A model generated the notes under the pieces. That model was not told the DNA's origin. It saw nothing but the letters and a program-made list of their open reading frames with translations, and made no database searches. A stretch of 64,000 bases of DNA from Gammaproteobacteria bacterium (GTDB taxonomy: Bacteria > Pseudomonadota > Gammaproteobacteria > Eutrophobiales > Eutrophobiaceae), in assembly GCA_965215365.1 (NCBI GenBank), contig CBDCDS010000003.1:320001-384000 (forward strand). Reading direction: 5' to 3'. Positions 1 to 8,556 of this stretch are shown in pieces (the stretch's first letter is position 1; each line of letters begins with the position of its first letter). The translations under genes and the position numbers were made by a program.

Positions 1-18
1 GACCTTAATCGGAACACC

Positions 19-606
19 ATGCGCATTTTATCCTTTCTGTCAGGATTGTCTCTGGGCCTGCTGGTGGCATTCATCGTCTTTCTGCGCTACCAGACGGTTG
101 ACCCCGAGCCGGGCGCAGGTCAGCAGGCACAGGTCGAACAGGAGCAACCGGACGTTAACTTCACCTTCTACGACACGTTGCGGAACAAGAAAGTCAATAT
201 TTCCGAATGGATGGCCGGGGACAAGGATAGCGGCACCGCTGCAACCGGCGTAGACGCGTTGACCGTTCCCAAGGTCGAACCGGACCGTGGACATGTCGAA
301 GCACAGCAACAACCGGCAACCCCGGACCGGAACGTGACACGGCCGGATACCGTTTACGTGCTGCAAGCCGGTTCATTCAGGGATTTTAGCGCCGCAGATC
401 AGGTCAAGGCAGAACTGGCCCTGCTGGGGCTGTTTGCCGACATTCAACGGGTCATGCTCAACGAAAAGGACATCCGCCACCGGGTACGCCTGGGCCCGTT
501 CAACAGCGCCCGGGAAATGCGCGCAATCAGCCGCACACTGAAGGACCACAACATGGACTTCCTGGTGCTGGAACTACGCGCAGGGCAGGGTTTATCTGCA
601 AATTAA
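19..606 (+). CDS. SPOR-domain cell division protein (FtsN-like)
   Basis: N-terminal TM, FTFYDTL motif, C-terminal SPOR domain (YVLQAGSF...HRVRLGPF). Confidence 0.8.
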   Translation: MRILSFLSGLSLGLLVAFIVFLRYQTVDPEPGAGQQAQVEQEQPDVNFTFYDTLRNKKVNISEWMAGDKDSGTAATGVDALTVPKVEPDRGHVEAQQQPATPDRNVTRPDTVYVLQAGSFRDFSAADQVKAELALLGLFADIQRVMLNEKDIRHRVRLGPFNSAREMRAISRTLKDHNMDFLVLELRAGQGLSAN

Positions 607-615
607 GGTCACCTC

Positions 616-670
616 TAACCCGCATATCTCACCAAGTCGCTTGTTGCCTTGTGAAACATGATGGTTCTCA
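616..670 (+). repeat. Solo left end of MITE family A
   Basis: TAACCCGCATATCTCACCAAGTCGCTTGTTGCCTTGTGAAACATGAT, near-identical to the left end of the full element at 21773. Confidence 0.85.
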
Positions 671-745
671 AATTGCGAGCACGTCAGTGCTTGAAAATGA
701 AGGGAATGACGAACGAAGGGGGTAATGACAGGTCATAATGCGCCC

Positions 746-2782
746 TTACAGCAAATCCTGTGGGTCGATATCCAGATGCCACCTTACCCGTTTTGCTTCC
801 TGCATGGATTCCAATGTCCGGCGCCAGGGGGTTAGCGCCTGATGCAAGGTGTTCCTGTTGCCGGACTGCACCAGCAGCTGGCAGCGGTAACGGCCTCTGC
901 GCTTTTCAATGGGCGCTGCGAGCGGCCCGAAAACGGCCAGGTTGGCGCGCTGTTTCAGGCTGTTGCGAGCCAGCTGCAGGAATTTTTCAGCAACTTCCTG
1001 TTTGGTGGCTTCGGCGCCCAGTAACGCTAGGTGCGTGTAGGGAGGCAGTTGCGTCTGCCTTCTTTCCCTGAGCAGCAGGTCGGCAAACTCCCGGTAATTC
1101 TTGTTCACCAGGGTTTGCAACAACGGGTGTTCAGGGAAGTGGGTCTGAATGTAAACGACGCCAGACTGTTGCGCCCGCCCGGCCCTGCCGCTGACCTGGA
1201 CAATAAGCTGGGCCATGCGCTCACTGGCGCGAAAATCCGCGCTCAGCAAGCCTGCGTCTGCATCGACGATTCCCACCAAGGTGAGACGCGGAAAATGGTG
1301 CCCTTTCGCCAGCATCTGGGTGCCGATCAGTATGTCGGCATCCCCGGCGGTGATGGCCCGCAGCATTTTCTCCATGGAGCCCTTGCGGCGCGTGCTGTCG
1401 CGGTCTATGCGCAATATTTTTGCGTCAGGGAAGTATCCGGCCAGAGTCTGGTCCAGACGCTGGGTGCCGTGGCCCACCTCAAGCAGTTGCGGCTGCTCAC
1501 AGTCAGGACACAGGGTCGGCAGGGCCTTGCGGGCCTCGCAGTGATGACAAATCAGGCAGTTTTTATCCTTATGAAACGTCATCTTGACGCTGCAGCGCGT
1601 ACATTCGGCATACCAGCCGCAATCATGGCAGAGAATGGCCGGCGCGTAACCTCTGCGATTCAGGAACAACAAAGCCTGATTGTTGCTTGCCAGGGTGCGG
1701 GTAATTTCATTCAGCAGGGTTTTTGATAGCGCGCCCGAAACGGGTTGCTTGCGCAGGTTAATAACACGGACTTCCGGTGGCTTGGCGCCCGTCGCCCGCG
1801 CCGGCAAGGTTTGCGGCAGGTATTTCCTGCCCTTGACATTGTTGATGGTTTCCAGAGAAGGCGTCGCGGAACCCAGCGTCACCGGCACCTCGTCAAACTT
1901 GCCGCGTACTACGGCGATGTCCCTGGCGGAATAGCGAAAGCCACTGTCCTGTTTATAGGATGGATCATGTTCCTCATCCACCACATACAGCCCCGGCGCT
2001 TTGAGCGGCGTCCAGACCGCAGAGCGGGTGCCGATGAGCACCGCCGCCTCGCCGTCGCGCGCGGCCAACCAGTTGTGCAAGCGTTCCGTGTCGCTTAGCG
2101 CCGAGTGCTGAACCAGTATGGCAACCGGCAAGCGTTGTTTGAGCCGTTCGATGAATTGCGTGGTCAGACCGATTTCCGGCACCAGGATCAAGGCTTGCCG
2201 GCCCTGTTCCGTCACGCGCCGCACCGCTTCGATGTAAACTTCGGTCTTGCCGCTGCCGGTAATGCCTTGCAATACGTGGGTGCTATGTGCATCTGTGCGC
2301 GCGGTGATGGCTGCAATCGCCTGGATTTGTTGCGGGTTCAGGTCAAAACCCCGGCTTGCTATGCCATCCTGCGCGGCAGTGGCGCTTGCAACCCGAGCCG
2401 GCTGTTCCGGCGCCGGCGCGCCCTTACCCTGGCGCAGCGGCTTCGGCAACGTGCTGAACAAGGTCTCACCCAAAGGGTAATGGTAGTAATCGGCGGCCCA
2501 GCATAGTAACTTGAAATGAGGCAGGGAAAATAATGGCTGGTCGTCGATGACATCGCTGATGGTTTTCAGCCGGTGCGGCGGCACGCCGGATCGGTCGGAG
2601 ATACCCAGCGCGATCCCGACCTGTTGCTGGCGGCGCCCGAACGGAACGCTGACCCGCATCCCCGGCAGAAACTCGACCTCGTTAAATTGCTCACCGATGG
2701 CATAGTCGTAATGCCGGCACAATGGCACCGGCAGCGCCACGTGTAAATATCGTTTTTGCACAGGGTAGGTGGGCTGGCCCAC
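746..2782 (-). CDS. priA: Primosomal protein N' (replication restart helicase)
   Basis: GITGSGKTEVY, DEEH, FLNRRGY, Cys-rich Zn cluster, DIDP C-terminus. Confidence 0.97.
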   Translation of the reverse strand: MGQPTYPVQKRYLHVALPVPLCRHYDYAIGEQFNEVEFLPGMRVSVPFGRRQQQVGIALGISDRSGVPPHRLKTISDVIDDQPLFSLPHFKLLCWAADYYHYPLGETLFSTLPKPLRQGKGAPAPEQPARVASATAAQDGIASRGFDLNPQQIQAIAAITARTDAHSTHVLQGITGSGKTEVYIEAVRRVTEQGRQALILVPEIGLTTQFIERLKQRLPVAILVQHSALSDTERLHNWLAARDGEAAVLIGTRSAVWTPLKAPGLYVVDEEHDPSYKQDSGFRYSARDIAVVRGKFDEVPVTLGSATPSLETINNVKGRKYLPQTLPARATGAKPPEVRVINLRKQPVSGALSKTLLNEITRTLASNNQALLFLNRRGYAPAILCHDCGWYAECTRCSVKMTFHKDKNCLICHHCEARKALPTLCPDCEQPQLLEVGHGTQRLDQTLAGYFPDAKILRIDRDSTRRKGSMEKMLRAITAGDADILIGTQMLAKGHHFPRLTLVGIVDADAGLLSADFRASERMAQLIVQVSGRAGRAQQSGVVYIQTHFPEHPLLQTLVNKNYREFADLLLRERRQTQLPPYTHLALLGAEATKQEVAEKFLQLARNSLKQRANLAVFGPLAAPIEKRRGRYRCQLLVQSGNRNTLHQALTPWRRTLESMQEAKRVRWHLDIDPQDLL

Positions 2783-2793
2783 TGGCGTGAGTG

Positions 2794-5226
2794 CTAGAAC
2801 AACCGGCCCGGTGCCACGGCGGTTTCCGCAGCGGGGTCGTAGGGAGCTTGAAGTCGCTCGCAGGTGTCGGTATCGGGCAGTTGCTCAGCCATAAAGACTT
2901 CAAACTCCGCGTTATCATCGTTGGCGCTGGCCGGGCAGCCGGTGTCTAGGTTGGTTCTGATGGTAACCAGATTCGCCGGCCGAGCCGGTGTGGTCACCGG
3001 CACATCCTGCAAGGCCGTGCGCATATACTCGATCCATATCGGCAACGCGGTTCTGCCCCCTACTTCACCGCGCCCCATGGGACTGAAGTCATCGAAACCG
3101 GTCCAGGCAACCGCCACCACGGCGGGATTGAATCCGGCAAACCAGCCGTCACGTTGCTCATTGGTGGTGCCGGTCTTGCCGGAGATATCGTCTCGTTTTA
3201 ATTCCCGGTAGGCCCTGACACCGGTGCCGCGCCGGATCGCATCCCGGGTCAGGTCATTCATGATCCAGATGTTTTGCGGGTTGACCACGCGCCGGGCAAC
3301 AGCCGCCGCAGGCTTGAGGGGCGCTACGGGCGGCGACTCCCCTTCCTCAACAACGCCTGTCAGCGGCGGCGCGCCGGTGTCGTTGTGCGCGCACTGTGCA
3401 CATACGACTACAGGCTCAGCCTGGAATAACAGCTCGCCCGTGTAGGTCTCAATCCGGTCGATGAAATAGGGCTCTACCCGATACCCGCCGTTGGCAAACA
3501 CTGCGTAGGCGCCGGCCAGTTGCCAGGGGCTCAGCGCGCCGGTACCCAGCGCCAGCGACAGGTTATGGGGCAGGTTGTCGGTATCAAAACCGAACCTGGC
3601 GATATGCTCAAGGGTGTTGCGCACGCCCACCGCGTGCAACAGGCGAATGGACACGAGGTTTCTCGAACGGCGCAAGGCTTCCCGGAGTCGGGTCGGGCCA
3701 TAAGACCGGCCACTGTAATTTTCCGGGCGCCACTGGTCCTCAAGCCCGGGGTCGTCGAACACGACGGGGGCATCGTTGATAACACTGGCCGCAGTAAAGC
3801 CATGTTCCAGCGCCGCCGAGTAGATAAACGGTTTGAAACTGGAACCCGGCTGACGCCGCGCTTGGGTAATACGGTTGAACTTGCTGCGATAGAAATCGAA
3901 ACCGCCGACCAGGGCCAGCAACGCGCCGTTATGCGGGCCCAGTGACACTAGGCCGCCTTCGATGACGGGTATCTGTGCCAGACGCCATTTCCCCTTGGCA
4001 TCCCGGATGACCCGCACTAGATCCCCGGCCTGGACCACATCCCCGGCTGTCTGCGGTGCCGCGCCGCGGCTATTTTCATTGATATACCGGCGCGCCCAGC
4101 GCAAGCTGTCCCAGTCCAGGTCTACCCAGCCGCGGCCGGCCAACCAGGCTGACGCGCTCTTGCTCTGCACCTCGGTGATCAATGCGGGGAGCAGGCCGCC
4201 GACGGTGCCATGCGCGGCCAGCAGTTGCTCCCACTCAACTCTGGCGTTGCGGTTGGCGCTGAGCTCATAGTGGTGTTCGGGGCCGCGATAACCGTGCCTT
4301 TCATCGTATTGCGTCAAGGCCAGCTTCAGGCCGCGGTTGGCCGCGGCCTGAAGTTTGGCGCGCAGCGTCGTAGTCACCACATAACCGGCGCTGTAGGCTT
4401 CCTCGCCGTAGTTTTCAACCATCTCCTTGCGCACCATCTCAGCGACATAGGGCGCTTCCAGATCGATGATGGGACTGTGCAGCGAGGCGCTGACAGGGGC
4501 GTTGTTTGCAGCCAGGAAACGGCTGCGGTCGATATAGTCGAGTTCCAGCATGCGGCGCAGCACATAAGACCTGCGCGCCAGCGCCTGCTCCGGGCTGGTG
4601 ACGGGGTTGGTTCTGGACGGCGCCTTGGGCAGTCCGGCTAACATGGCGTGTTGCGCCAGATCCAGCTCTGCGATACCGGCACCGTAATAGACTCGGGCCG
4701 CGGCACCGACGCCGTAAGCGCGCTGTCCCAGGTAGATTTTATTCAGGTAAAGTTCCAGTATTTCGCTCTTGCTCAGCTGCCGTTCTATTTTAATGGCAAG
4801 GAAAATTTCATTGAGTTTGCGCATATAGGTTTTTTCTCGGGACAGGAAAAAATTGCGCGCCACCTGCATGGTGATGGTGCTGCCGCCCTGTTTTTTTTGG
4901 CCGGTCAACAGTAGCGAGACCGAGGCGCGCGCCAGACCTTGCCAGTCCACACCCGGGTGGTCGAAGAAACGGTCGTCTTCCGCGGCGATAAATGCTTGCA
5001 GCAACTGTTCGGGAACTTCTTCGATAGTGACGGGCACGCGCCGTTTCTCACCGAACTCCCCAATCAGTGAGCCGTCGCGGGTGTAAACCCGTAACGGCAC
5101 CTGCATACGCACATCCCGCAGCGCCTCAATATCCGGCAGGTTGGACACAATCAGATAGGCCGCCGCGCCGCCGCCAGTAACACAAACCACGGCCAGCGTA
5201 ATGAATAAAATCCAGAGCAGACGCAT
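2794..5226 (-). CDS. mrcA: Penicillin-binding protein 1A
   Basis: Transglycosylase motifs EDDRF and GGSTITMQVARN; transpeptidase SSFK, SRN, KTG. Confidence 0.95.
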   Translation of the reverse strand: MRLLWILFITLAVVCVTGGGAAAYLIVSNLPDIEALRDVRMQVPLRVYTRDGSLIGEFGEKRRVPVTIEEVPEQLLQAFIAAEDDRFFDHPGVDWQGLARASVSLLLTGQKKQGGSTITMQVARNFFLSREKTYMRKLNEIFLAIKIERQLSKSEILELYLNKIYLGQRAYGVGAAARVYYGAGIAELDLAQHAMLAGLPKAPSRTNPVTSPEQALARRSYVLRRMLELDYIDRSRFLAANNAPVSASLHSPIIDLEAPYVAEMVRKEMVENYGEEAYSAGYVVTTTLRAKLQAAANRGLKLALTQYDERHGYRGPEHHYELSANRNARVEWEQLLAAHGTVGGLLPALITEVQSKSASAWLAGRGWVDLDWDSLRWARRYINENSRGAAPQTAGDVVQAGDLVRVIRDAKGKWRLAQIPVIEGGLVSLGPHNGALLALVGGFDFYRSKFNRITQARRQPGSSFKPFIYSAALEHGFTAASVINDAPVVFDDPGLEDQWRPENYSGRSYGPTRLREALRRSRNLVSIRLLHAVGVRNTLEHIARFGFDTDNLPHNLSLALGTGALSPWQLAGAYAVFANGGYRVEPYFIDRIETYTGELLFQAEPVVVCAQCAHNDTGAPPLTGVVEEGESPPVAPLKPAAAVARRVVNPQNIWIMNDLTRDAIRRGTGVRAYRELKRDDISGKTGTTNEQRDGWFAGFNPAVVAVAWTGFDDFSPMGRGEVGGRTALPIWIEYMRTALQDVPVTTPARPANLVTIRTNLDTGCPASANDDNAEFEVFMAEQLPDTDTCERLQAPYDPAAETAVAPGRLF

Positions 5227-5354
5227 GGTTTCATAATATCGTATTTCTCATAGTCGCCGCTAAAAATTGCGGCGCCTTTATCCGCGATACATCTGTGCTA
5301 ATCTGTACAGTTCGTGGAAACAGCAACACATTTGCAGCAATCCGTACCTGTGTC

Positions 5355-5876
5355 GTGGACAAAGCAACCGGAAATATTTTCCTTATCGGCCTGATGGGCG
5401 CCGGCAAGACTACCATTGGCAGGCAGCTTGCGCGCCGCTTGGGCAAGGAGTTCAAGGATTCAGACAGTGAAGTTGAGCAGCGCACCGGCGTAGGCATAGA
5501 CGTGATCTTTGACATAGAAGGAGAGCAGGGGTTTCGCCGGCGGGAGACAGAAGTATTGAGGGAGCTGGTCGCCACCCACGGCATCGTGCTGGCTACCGGC
5601 GGTGGCGCAGTACTGGCACCCGAAAACCGGCAATTGCTCAAGGAAAACGGCTTCATCATTTACCTGAAGGCATCCGTCGAACATCTGGCCGGCCGGCTGC
5701 GGCTGGATCGGCACCGACCGTTGCTGCAATCCGGCGATAAACTGGCAAAAATTCGCGACCTGATGGCCCGTCGTGAACCAGTCTATGAAGCCTTGGCAGA
5801 CCTGGTGGTGGAAACCAACGAGAGCAGTATCCACCGGGTCGTCGGCGAGATCAGCAACAAGATAAAACAGGCATGA
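5355..5876 (+). CDS. aroK: Shikimate kinase
   Basis: NIFLIGLMGAGKTT, ATGGG, RPLL; start moved to GTG at 5355. Confidence 0.93.
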   Translation: MDKATGNIFLIGLMGAGKTTIGRQLARRLGKEFKDSDSEVEQRTGVGIDVIFDIEGEQGFRRRETEVLRELVATHGIVLATGGGAVLAPENRQLLKENGFIIYLKASVEHLAGRLRLDRHRPLLQSGDKLAKIRDLMARREPVYEALADLVVETNESSIHRVVGEISNKIKQA

Positions 5877-6943
5877 AACGACTTGATGTAGCCTTGGGAG
5901 CACGCTCTTATCCGATTTATATCGGCACCGGGTTGTTGCAGCAGGCCGGGGAGCTGCTCGGTGCCCGATTGCGCGAGCAGACGCTGATCGTCAGCAATAC
6001 CGTAGTTGCCCCGTTGTACCTGGAACAACTGCAAGGGGAATTGCCGGCGCCCGCCTTCATCGTCGAAGACGGTGAACAGTATAAAACACTGGAAACCCTG
6101 AACGGCATTATCACGCGGTTGCTGGAGGAACGGTTTAACCGTACTGGCACGCTGGTTGCCCTTGGGGGCGGGGTGATCGGCGATGTCACCGGGTTTGCCG
6201 CAGCCTGTTACCAGCGCGGCGTCAACTATGTGCAGGTTCCCACCACCTTGCTGGCCCAGGTTGATTCTGCCGTGGGTGGCAAGACTGCGGTCAACCACCG
6301 GCTGGGAAAAAATATGATCGGTGCCTTCCACCAACCCGTGGCGGTGCTCAGCGATACCGACACGCTGGCTACATTGCCGGCGCGGGAACTGCGCGCCGGA
6401 GTGGCCGAGATTATCAAGTACGGGCTGATCAACGACGCAGAGTTTTTCGGCTGGCTGGAACGCAACATGGACGGCCTGTTGCGCCGCGATCCGGCCTGTC
6501 TGACCCATGCCATAGCCGTATCATGCGGCGCCAAAGCGGATATCGTGGCGCGCGATGAGCGCGAAGACGGCGTACGCGCCCTGCTCAACCTAGGCCACAC
6601 CTTCGGCCATGCCATAGAGACCGCCTTGAACTACCAGACCTGGCTGCACGGCGAGGCGGTGGCGGCAGGGATGGCCCTGGCTGCCCATCTATCGGTGTCG
6701 GCAACCGGCCTCCCGGCGGCAGCTGCCCGGCGCGTGAACGCATTGCTGCAACAGGCGGAACTGCCCACCACCCCGCCCGACGGTCTCAGCCATGCACAGC
6801 TGCGGGAACTGATGAGCGTAGATAAAAAAGCCCGCCACGGACAACTGCGCCTGGTGCTGCTGGAGGAGATAGGCAAAGCGGTGGTGACCGCGGATTTTGA
6901 GGAAGCAGACCTAGAAGCTACGTTGCGAGTTTTTACGGGGTGA
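5873..6943 (+). CDS. aroB: 3-dehydroquinate synthase
   Basis: GGGVIGD, PTTLLAQVD, GKNMIGAFHQP, NLGHTFGHAIE; ATGA overlap with aroK. Confidence 0.97.
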   Translation: MKRLDVALGARSYPIYIGTGLLQQAGELLGARLREQTLIVSNTVVAPLYLEQLQGELPAPAFIVEDGEQYKTLETLNGIITRLLEERFNRTGTLVALGGGVIGDVTGFAAACYQRGVNYVQVPTTLLAQVDSAVGGKTAVNHRLGKNMIGAFHQPVAVLSDTDTLATLPARELRAGVAEIIKYGLINDAEFFGWLERNMDGLLRRDPACLTHAIAVSCGAKADIVARDEREDGVRALLNLGHTFGHAIETALNYQTWLHGEAVAAGMALAAHLSVSATGLPAAAARRVNALLQQAELPTTPPDGLSHAQLRELMSVDKKARHGQLRLVLLEEIGKAVVTADFEEADLEATLRVFTG

Positions 6944-6971
6944 TACTACACTAATTCGGTTATTTTCAGGT

Positions 6972-7025
6972 TTTTTACACAGGTGTCAAAAAATCTTTCA
7001 AGATTTTTTGACACCTGTGTAAAAA
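6972..7025. repeat. Perfect 26-bp inverted repeat upstream of AAA-DUF4143 gene
   Basis: TTTTTACACAGGTGTCAAAAAATCTT-TC-AAGATTTTTTGACACCTGTGTAAAAA. Confidence 0.95.
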
Positions 7026-7044
7026 TCTGGAATTATGCTGTTGC

Positions 7045-8157
7045 ATGAAACGCTACCTCGAATCACAGGTTCGGCAGGACCTGAAACGCAAAATGGTCTT
7101 GGTCGGCGGTCCGCGTCAGGTGGGGAAGACGACGCTTGCCCGCAAGATACTGGGGAAATCGAAGGCCGGCTACCTGAACTGGGACGTTGCCCCGCATCGG
7201 GATATTATTCTGCGCCAGGAGTTTCCCAAATCTAAACTCTGGGTGTTTGATGAAATTCACAAATACCCACGCTGGCGCAACTACCTGAAAGGCATTTACG
7301 ACATGTGTCAGCCGGGGCAGCGGATACTCGTCACCGGTAGCGCCCGGCTGGATTACTACCGCTTCGGCGGCGACTCCCTGCAGGGACGTTACCACTACCT
7401 GCGGCTGCACCCGCTGAGCGCGGCGGAACTGAAGCTGACCTCAGCGCAAAATTTCAAGGCGCTGCTTACCCTGGGCGGTTTCCCGGAACCGTTCCTGGGC
7501 GGGTCGAAGAAAGAAGCGCGCCGCTGGTCCAACGAATACCGCAGCCGCTTGGTGCGGGAGGATTTGGCAGACCTGGAACAGGTACAAGACCTGGGCAGCC
7601 TGGAGTTATTGATGACCCGGTTACCCGAGCTGGTCGGCAGCCCCCTGTCAGTCAACAGAGTAGCCGAACAGCTGCAGATCAGCCACAAGACCATCAGCAA
7701 ATGGCTGGACATTCTGGCAAGACTGTATGCAATCTTCTTCGTGGCGCCGTTCGGCGCGCCACAGATCAAGGCAGTGAAGAAAGCCCGCAAACATTATCAC
7801 TATGACTGGTCGCTGATACCGGATACCGCCGCAAGGTTTGAGAACCTGGTTGCGTGCCACCTGCTGAAATGGACAAATTTTCGCACAGATACGGAAGGTT
7901 GCTTGACTGAACTGCGCTATTTTCGCGACATCGAACAACGCGAGGTGGATTTCGTAGTAGTGGAAGACGGTGCCCCGGTGTTACTGGTCGAATGTAAATC
8001 CTCAGATCGCTACGCCAGCCTGCCGCTGAAATACCTGAAACGACGCTTCCCCGATGCAGACGCTTGGCAGGTATCCGCGTTTGGAGAGAAAGACTACGTC
8101 ACGCGGGAAGGGATTCGCGTGGCGCCGGCGCTTACGTTTTTGAACAGGTTGCAATAG
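7045..8157 (+). CDS. AAA_14 ATPase with DUF4143 and C-terminal PD-(D/E)XK-like domain
   Basis: GPRQVGKTT, FDEIH, TGS, DSLQGR, GGFP, FEN, EVDFVV...VECK. Confidence 0.88.
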   Translation: MKRYLESQVRQDLKRKMVLVGGPRQVGKTTLARKILGKSKAGYLNWDVAPHRDIILRQEFPKSKLWVFDEIHKYPRWRNYLKGIYDMCQPGQRILVTGSARLDYYRFGGDSLQGRYHYLRLHPLSAAELKLTSAQNFKALLTLGGFPEPFLGGSKKEARRWSNEYRSRLVREDLADLEQVQDLGSLELLMTRLPELVGSPLSVNRVAEQLQISHKTISKWLDILARLYAIFFVAPFGAPQIKAVKKARKHYHYDWSLIPDTAARFENLVACHLLKWTNFRTDTEGCLTELRYFRDIEQREVDFVVVEDGAPVLLVECKSSDRYASLPLKYLKRRFPDADAWQVSAFGEKDYVTREGIRVAPALTFLNRLQ

Positions 8158-8180
8158 AGCAGGGATATCGCGCCATACGA

Positions 8181-8305
8181 TTACACCTTCCAGAAATTCA
8201 ATTCCTGCCAAGTTTCAGGGAAACCCATTGGGGCGGTGGGGACATGTCTGTGTTCGTTTAAGATATGCAACAGTCTGTGTTTCCACCGCTCGTCGCCACT
8301 GACAG
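8181..8305 (-). pseudogene. C-terminal remnant of Abi_2 (AbiD/AbiF-like) protein
   Basis: WKHRLLHILNEHRHVPTAPMGFPETWQELNFW resembles the MGFPxxW C-terminus of Abi_2 proteins. Confidence 0.6.
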
Positions 8306-8419
8306 GGCCGCCCCAAGGAAGCGGCCCTTGAGCCGACAGCACGCTGCCAGCGGGTAACTGTGTGTATTCTAACACCCAAGCAAATGTGTTTGCAAACGCG
8401 CAACGCGCCTTGCCGGAAA

Positions 8420-8477
8420 GTTCAGGCAGAACCAATCTGGCGCGATCTTCGCATCACTGGGTGAGATATGCGGGCTA
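8420..8477 (+). repeat. Solo right end of MITE family A
   Basis: CGCGATCTTCGCATCACTGGGTGAGATATGCGGG identical to 21937-21970; followed by CTAAAAATTTTTAGAGG. Confidence 0.88.
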
Positions 8478-8556
8478 AAAATTTTTAGAGGCACTTTTGA
8501 GCAATTATTACTTTGACCCGATCCTGCGTTAAGATAAGCATCCTTTTGTAGCGTGG

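Noticed and set aside
6972-7025. Simple aroB terminator
   Set aside because: The long AT-rich stem could terminate, but comparable repeats precede the other paralogs in different contexts, so termination is not a sufficient explanation.
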